Assembly (NCBI GenBank): GCA_964016885.1
Contig: CAXHJY010000416.1
Span: forward strand, 1 to 64,000
Direction of reading: 5' to 3'
DNA: 64,000 bases
From: Eledone cirrhosa
Lineage: Eukaryota
Part shown: positions 57,330 to 64,000 of the stretch, piece after piece
Layout of the letters: every line of letters starts with the position of its first letter
Numbering within the stretch: position 1 is the first letter of the stretch
The notes under the pieces: generated by a model
Databases searched by the model: none
Told to the model about the DNA's origin: nothing
Seen by the model: only the letters and a program-made list of their open reading frames with translations
Program-made: the position numbers and the translations under genes

Positions 57330-58563
57330 CCACTCTCTCGTGAATATATCATAGAACAGACAAGGGGCAGATGGAGGCTCCATAAGCCGTAATGTAGGTA
57401 AGCCGTAATGTAGGCAACCCGTCTAGGAGAGCTACCACTCCGAATAAATTGGTGCCAGGTAGAGAAGTCCCCTAAGTCCAGTAAGATAACTTCCCTAGTG
57501 CTGGTGGCACGAATAAAATCACCCAGTCCAGATACAAGTAGGAATTCCAGATACAAGGAGGAGTACATCAGGGTTCGATCCTCAGCCCGCTCTTGTTCAT
57601 TATAGTCCTCCAAGCCATAACAGAGGAGTTTAAGACTGGCTGTCCATGGGAACTTCTCTATGCTGACGATCTGGTTCTTATAGCAGAATCAGTAGAGGAG
57701 CTAGAGAAGAAATTCTGGCTATGGAAACAGCAGTTGCAATTAAGAGGACTGAGAGTGAACCTAGCTAAGAGTAAAGTTGATGAGTAGAAAAGAGGACAAA
57801 ACTGATTCCGTCAGGGAAATGGCCATGTTCGATATGCGGAAAAAGAACTGGCATAAATTCTATAAAATGTGCGCAATGCAGATCTGGGTACACAAGAGAT
57901 GTAGTGGAGAAATATGTATGCAGTAGATGTACAGGGAAATTTGACAGTAGAAGTCGCATTGATAGACACATTTTTCAAATGCAGGTGGGTTCTATAGAAA
58001 TGGTTGATAGCTTCCGGTACCTAGGTGATCAGATTAGCATGGGAAGAGAATAAGGACGGCTTAGAAGAAGTTTAGGGAGCTGCTTCCTCTGCTGATGAAG
58101 TGTTTCTCCCTGCATACAAAAGGCTGGTTATATGATGCCTGTGTGAGGTGTGCGATGCTGCATGGTAGTGAGACATGGGCAGCAACTGCAGAGGATATGC
58201 GACAGCTGGAGAGAAATGAGGCGAGCATGCTCAGTTGGATGTGTAATGTCAATGTGTGTGACCGAGCATGAATGTGTTGAGAGAGAAACTGTGTTTGAGA
58301 AGGATAAATTGTTGTGTGCGGGAGAGGAGACTGCGATGGTATGGACATGTGATGTGCAAGGAGGATGACCGATGGTTGAAGAAGTGCCAAGAAATGCCAG
58401 TTGAAGGAAGACTACGAAAAACATGGGCGGAGGTGGTGAGAGCAGACCTGAGATCGCTGAAGTGGAGATGACGAAAGACCGTGACAAGTGGAGAGATGCT
58501 GTGCTGAATAGGACCCGTCCCACCTTTGCAAGCAGGGAAAAGTGGACGTAAAATGATGATGAT
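57330..58563 (+). pseudogene. Internally deleted, decayed copy of RTE-A
   Basis: 5' UTR motif ctagtgctggtggcac..aataaaa.cacccagtcca joined directly to RT sequence equivalent to about 3740-4850. Confidence 0.88.
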
Positions 58564-58946
58564 ACACACACACTGTAAAGTGGTTGTGATGGTGATGCAA
58601 CAAAAAGTGCCCAGTCTACCCGGTACATGTAGTTGGCATTAGGAAGAGCATTCAGCTACAGAAACGAAGCCAGAAGCGGTTCTGTGTGAGCAAGACATGG
58701 TCATTGATCTGACTTATCTCACAACAGAACAACCCCGTTTAACCCATGCTAGCTTAGAAAAATGGACATTAAATGGTGATGATGATAATGACATGATTCT
58801 GAGAAGTGGACCTAACAAGTCATCAAGACAATATTAGACATGAACCTATCCAGTTGTCATCACCAGTGTTACATCATCATCATTATTATCACTGTTTAAC
58901 GTCTACCAGATTCTTCAAAATAACATTGAATCAGAGGAAAACTTAC

Positions 58947-59069
58947 TTTATTCATTTCTTTGGTTGTTTGCTTCAACTGGGAGGCGGTCTTTTTTAAATT
59001 CTTTGTAACTTCCTCAAGGTTCTGTTCCAGCTGACTTACTGTTTCTTCTTTCTGTGTCAACAGTTTTTT
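58947..59069 (-). CDS. Host coiled-coil gene exon (KKLLTQKEETVSQLEQNLEEVTKNLKKTASQLKQTTKEMNK)
   Basis: ttttgtag| acceptor, |gtaagt donor, 123 nt, phase 0-0. Confidence 0.9.
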
Positions 59070-59225
59070 CTACAAAAGTTAGAGAAATATAAATTAAAGA
59101 AATCAGCCAAAGATTCAATGTTCATTTCTAAATCTCCAAAGATAAATATGGAACTAAACAAGCATTAGGAAAGCAGAATTAGGTATTAACCCTTTCAAAA
59201 CTCTGCATTTAATAAAACTGCTAAA

Positions 59226-59738
59226 TCATCATCATCATCATCGTTTAACGTCCATCTTCCACGCTAGCATAGGTCTGGACGGGAATTGTCCCACTTGAGG
59301 CAAGATTGGTTGTCTTGCTCAGGACTGCCTGGCGTGTTTTCTACGGCTGGATGCTCTTAACAGCAACCACGTTTACAGTGTGGACTGGGAGATTTTTACC
59401 GTGTTACCTACATGGCCACATTACAGTGTGGACTGTGTGTTTTTTTGTCGTGACACCTACACGACCTCATTTATTTAGGACTGGATGTTGTGGTACCAAC
59501 ATAGCTTTACATCGAAAGGGGTGGTGTAGATGGCGGTGGGGGTAGGGGTAGTGGGACAGGGGTGTATTTTGGTTAAGGGGTGCCTACTGACTGTAGGTTT
59601 CGCTTTGTACTTAGGCAAGGCGGGTCTTCTGTATTACTGCGTAGCGCCAAAGATCTCGGTCCAGTGACATTGTCTTGGAGAAGTGTAAGTGTGTGAGGTT
59701 GGAATTTATCAAGTCATCCCAGGTTTTTCTGGGTCTGT
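59226..59738 (-). mobile_element. RTE-C 3' end with complete 3' UTR and (GAT)n tail
   Basis: Homologous to about 39000-39200; ends ggacgttaaacgatgatgatg. Confidence 0.82.
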
Positions 59739-59774
59739 ATATATATATGTATATCTAAATGAAGTTGATTTCTG

Positions 59775-60119
59775 TGATATCTCAATTCATAGAAGTATCG
59801 GCTCTACCTGGAGTGACTCTCTGATCTCCGAGCTATGCACTTTATTGAGTAACGTTACTCCAAATAATGATACTATGGGCATGTGGTTTGAATGTCTCAG
59901 GAAAGAATCGCTGGACAGATTTTATGGGCAAAACCAACCGGTAGGAGACCCAGGGGTAGACCCCAAGCAAGATGGTTGGATAACATCCGTGAGCTTGGTT
60001 GTTCTCGCTTGGGGATCCAGCTAGATCAGTTGGAGATGGTTGCTTCTGACAGGACACGCTGGATGGAGTGTTTAAGGACTCTGCCCCAACAACCCACTCA
60101 GGAATAAGTGGGCGAAGAA
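59775..60119 (+). mobile_element. Short RTE insertion with a 5' inversion
   Basis: 14-bp duplication gaagttgatttctg at 59761 and 60120; RYYGHV..RPRGRP..RW on +; the preceding peptide GVTLLNKVHSSEIRESLQVEPILL lies on -. Confidence 0.8.
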
Positions 60120-60844
60120 GAAGTTGATTTCTGGCACTGACACATTGGCCACATTCTTTGGGGAATAGGAACAGATTAGCCCTTTTGAGACCATATTTCT
60201 AATGAAATACAATGTATTTTAGTTAATTAATGTAGATATGGTGGGATTTACTAAAATTATTATTTTATTAAGATGGATTTGTAACATAAAAGGTTCTTAT
60301 ATAAAATTATGCTGAAAGATTTCTATTTAAAATGAGTGGTTTTGTTTCATAGAACCAACCAAAAGAGATTTTAGGCAGGTTGGTGTAAAAAAAGTTAATA
60401 CATGTAGTGAGATATGAAGTCATGACTAAAGAGATAGCCAATTCACACTGTCAAAATGTGTCTCATTGTAATGAATATATATTAGTTATATGTGGTAATG
60501 TAGCGAGGTCCATAACACATTAAGACATGTAGTACCACAAAATATTTCATCTTCATGTAGTATATTGAAGACAAGTCAATTATACAATATAGTTCATTAG
60601 TCTGAAATATAATCCACAGAAGATTTCAAAACTGAAGACTACAAGCTAATGTTTCATTACAACTATTGCAATATGTAATAACAACAATTGTAATGTGTAT
60701 TAACAACTGCAATATACAACATCTGCAATGTTTAATAAAGATAACTAAAAATGTCAATTAAGGTGAAAGTTACACTTATAACAATGATTACAAACAAAGA
60801 AATTAGTAGACATCTTTGGAAAGATTATATTATGGACAACATAC

Positions 60845-60973
60845 ATTTTCATCCAGTTCCCGCTCTATTCCAGAACATTTTACTGTTAGCTGATTATTAC
60901 TGGCTAACTGTTTCTTCAGGGCATCGTCTAATTGGTCATTTTTGCTTGTTTTGCTGTTAAGTTCTTCTTTTTG
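60845..60973 (-). CDS. Host coiled-coil gene exon (QKEELNSKTSKNDQLDDALKKQLASNNQLTVKCSGIERELDEN)
   Basis: tattacag| acceptor, |gtatgt donor, 129 nt, phase 0-0. Confidence 0.88.
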
Positions 60974-62678
60974 CTGTAATACAAATAAAGTAAATTTAAG
61001 AAAATGTTGAAGTTTTCCTGAAACATTATAAAAAGTGAGGTAATTAATGTTTTTTTCAGAGGGTCACAGCAATACAAATAAGACATTGTTAAAATTAATG
61101 AGAACAAAGTTGTTGGAATGTTACCTTAAAGGTGTTTAATTCCAATCCATGGCCTCCTCACTACTGTTGGAGGAACTCCTCCCTGGTTGACCTCCACCGC
61201 TTTCTATTTGTTTTTGGTCATGTCAGTGGTGTAGCCATACTCACTACGCTTGGCCAATTGTGGGTTGGTGAGGCTATTTACCTCATAGGTGGGGTGGATG
61301 GCTATTGACACTGAGGAGTTCATTCACTCTTTTAACAGCTTTTGTTTTTTGTGCTGCTGGGGTTCCACTTACCCTCCTTACCAGGGCCTGGTGAAGGAGT
61401 CGGTTTATTCACTGACCAATCGGCCATGGAACAAGTTGTACTGGGTTACATGGTACCAGTAGCAGACAGAAGCCTGATCTGACCTGACCAAACCAGGATC
61501 TAATGGGGGAGCAGGTTTAGTTGCCGACCACTCAACCATGAACCAGGTTGTACTGAGAGTACAAGACTCCCCACTGGTCAGGACACCAGTCAATTGCAGG
61601 GTTAAACCACCCAACTATAGCTAGTACTCATTTTCAGCTGAGTACATCCTGGAGCAACCTGAAATTAAGTGTTTTGCTTCAGAACACAACACACAATCCA
61701 GTCCAGAAATCAAACTCTCAACATTATGACACCTTTACCATTAGGCCACATGCCTCCACATTAAAGAACAAATATTAATTAATGAACATAAAGTTATAAA
61801 TATAAATATTTTATAACTGAAATAGAAAATTAGAAGGCTTCGCCCTAACATTTTGATTAAATCAAATAATCTTAATAACAGGATGTATAAACCCACTGAA
61901 TGAAAAAAGATGGGTATCAGTACACATAGGGTTATTGAACCTACACCTCTCATTTGCCAGATGAGTACGCTACCATTACGCCAATTATTTCAATTTTCAA
62001 ACTTCGCTTGCCATTTTCTAAACATATTTCCTTAATAGTAGAAAGGGTAGGTGGAGGTTTGGTGGCGTGTTTGTGTTGTTTTTGTTTTAATATATCTGAC
62101 TTATCAAGTGTGTGTGTGTTCTGATGTTCTAACTCTTTCACTCACTGCCTCCATCTCTCTTGCTATTATATGCAAACGGGATTCCACATGCTGGGCGCCC
62201 CGCAGTCCTGATATTTTAAAATTTACATTGGATTAGTTTTGTTGAGTGAAAGCGCGTGGCTTAGCGGTTAGAGAATTGGATTTGCAATCATGAAGTTGCG
62301 AGTTCAATTCTTGGACTAGGTGATGAGCTGTGTTCTTGAGCAAGACATTTTATTTCACATTGCCAGAAGTTGTGACTGGTAGGTAGTATAAGCAATGGAA
62401 AGACCAATGGAAACATTGTTTAGTTGGTCTGATTTGACGAGGTCCACCCCACTTGGCAAGTGAATGAGGTCTGGGATCTTGTCGATCAATCAGAGTGAGA
62501 GTTTTGTTGGATGTGAAATCCGAGATATAGGGACTAATAAATCTATTCCAAGGTAACTTCATGTCTGGTTTTCATTTTATTTTATATTTCTTTTTACGTA
62601 TCAATTCCTCTGTATCCCCTTTCTTCTTACTGCCACCTGATTTTGTTACCCAGAGATTTATCCATCTGTATTGTAGAG

Positions 62679-63467
62679 CAAGCATGTCAAACATGCGGCC
62701 CTATACAAGCACACCTGTGGCCCACACTAAGGTTTTTCCAGCGCGAGCATGTTTTATCTTTGTATTATAAAAAAAAAATTAGTTGTAATGTGTGCAATTA
62801 GTTGTCGTGTGTGGCCCTCAGATATCACATATATGACCCATGTGGCCCTCAGATATCACATATATGACCCATGTGGCCCTCAGATATCACATATATGACC
62901 CATGTGGCCCTCAGATATCACATATATGACCCATGTGGCCCTCAGATATCACATATATGACCCATGTGGCCCTCAGATAACACATATATGACTCATGTGG
63001 CCCTCAGATAACACATATATGACCCATGTGGCCCTCAGATATCACATATATGACCCATGTGGCCCTCAGATAACACATATATGACCCATGTGGCCCTCAG
63101 ATATCATATATATGACCCATGTGGCCCTCAGATATCATATATGACCCATGTGGCCCTCAGATAACATATATATGACCCATGTGGCCCTCAGATATCATAT
63201 ATATGACCCATGTGGCCCTCAGATAACACATATATGACCCATGTGGCCCTCAGATAACACATATATGACTCATGTGGCCCTCAGATAACACATATATGAC
63301 CCATGTGGCCCTCAGATAACACATATATGACTCATGTGGCCCTCAGATAACACATATATGACCCATTTGGCCCTCAGATAACACATATATGACCCATGTG
63401 GCCCTCAGATAACACATATATGACCCATGTGGCCCTCAGATAACACATATATGACCCATGTGGCCTG
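62679..63467. mobile_element. hAT-type MITE carrying an expanded minisatellite
   Basis: 8-bp duplication TTGTAGAG at 62671-62678 and 63468-63475; left end caagcatgtcaaacatgcggccc, right end gcctg. Confidence 0.75.
62810..63465. repeat. 31-bp minisatellite, about 21 copies (catgtggccctcagatawcacatatatgacc)
   Basis: Direct reading. Confidence 0.97.
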
Positions 63468-63550
63468 TTGTAGAGGCTTCCAGAATGACCATTTTTAGAT
63501 AAATCAAATTAGTCACTGATTAGATTAAAGATTAAAAGATCAATAATAAC

Positions 63551-63669
63551 CTGTGATATTTCTTGTTTAAGTCGATTGATCTCAGTCATCTTTTCTTCCA
63601 CTAGGTTGTGGCTGGTTTGTAAATGGTTTTCCAGATCAACTCGTTCTGTAGTTCTAGATGTGTCACTAG
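63551..63669 (-). CDS. Host coiled-coil gene exon (SDTSRTTERVDLENHLQTSHNLVEEKMTEINRLKQEISQ)
   Basis: cttcttatag| acceptor, CAG|gttatt donor, 119 nt, phase 1-0; in frame with the downstream exons. Confidence 0.8.
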
Positions 63670-63754
63670 CTATAAGAAGCTCACTCTAAATAAGAGGAAG
63701 GGAAAAAAGAAATATTAATGTAAATTAAAAATACATCTTCACCACCCCGCCCCC

Positions 63755-64000
63755 ACCATCATCATCATCATCACAACATTACCATCATCATCATCACCAC
63801 TACATTATTATCATCATCATCATCATCATTACCATATCATCATAATCACAATCATCATCACCACAATACTACCATCATCATTATCATAATCACCACAACA
63901 TTACTATCATCCTCATCACCACAACATTACCACCACCACCATCACCATCACCATCATCATTTAACGTCAATTTGCCCTGCAAACAAGAGATGGATGAGTA
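63755..64000 (-). repeat. Degenerate (CAT)n tract, tail of an RTE-type element continuing beyond the window
   Basis: catcatcat-ttaacgtc is the same terminal signature seen at 59226-59252. Confidence 0.7.

Noticed and set aside
62810-63465. CRISPR-like array of about 30-bp repeats
   Set aside because: Units are head-to-tail with no unique spacers, no cas genes, eukaryotic context.
42212-63669. Assigning a gene symbol such as KTN1 or RRBP1 to the host gene
   Set aside because: Generic coiled-coil sequence; cannot be identified without a database search.

Overview
AT-rich eukaryotic (animal) genomic DNA. The SINE/RTE repertoire and extreme (TA)n content look cephalopod/octopus-like; this is inference, not verified. 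A minus-strand host gene for a long coiled-coil protein contributes seven short GT-AG exons between 42.2 and 63.7 kb, surrounded by old SINEs, MITEs and decayed LINEs. Downstream of the last of these exons (about 0.7-41 kb) is a roughly 40-kb pile of retroelements separated only by (TA)n/(TACA)n arrays. It holds two RTE-clade LINEs with intact ORFs, a CR1-like LINE cut off inside its RT, and three near-identical copies of a bipartite non-autonomous RTE derivative. It also holds an RLE-type LINE fragment and three Penelope-like (PLE) inverted-repeat structures with arms of 128 bp, about 1.0 kb and about 5.6 kb. Reading both strands reveals five distinct hammerhead-ribozyme-like motifs (nine copies), several atypical. 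The arrays are almost all interrupted in one polarity (A>G on the host sense strand). The many IY/YI-rich ORFs in the track are microsatellite artefacts.
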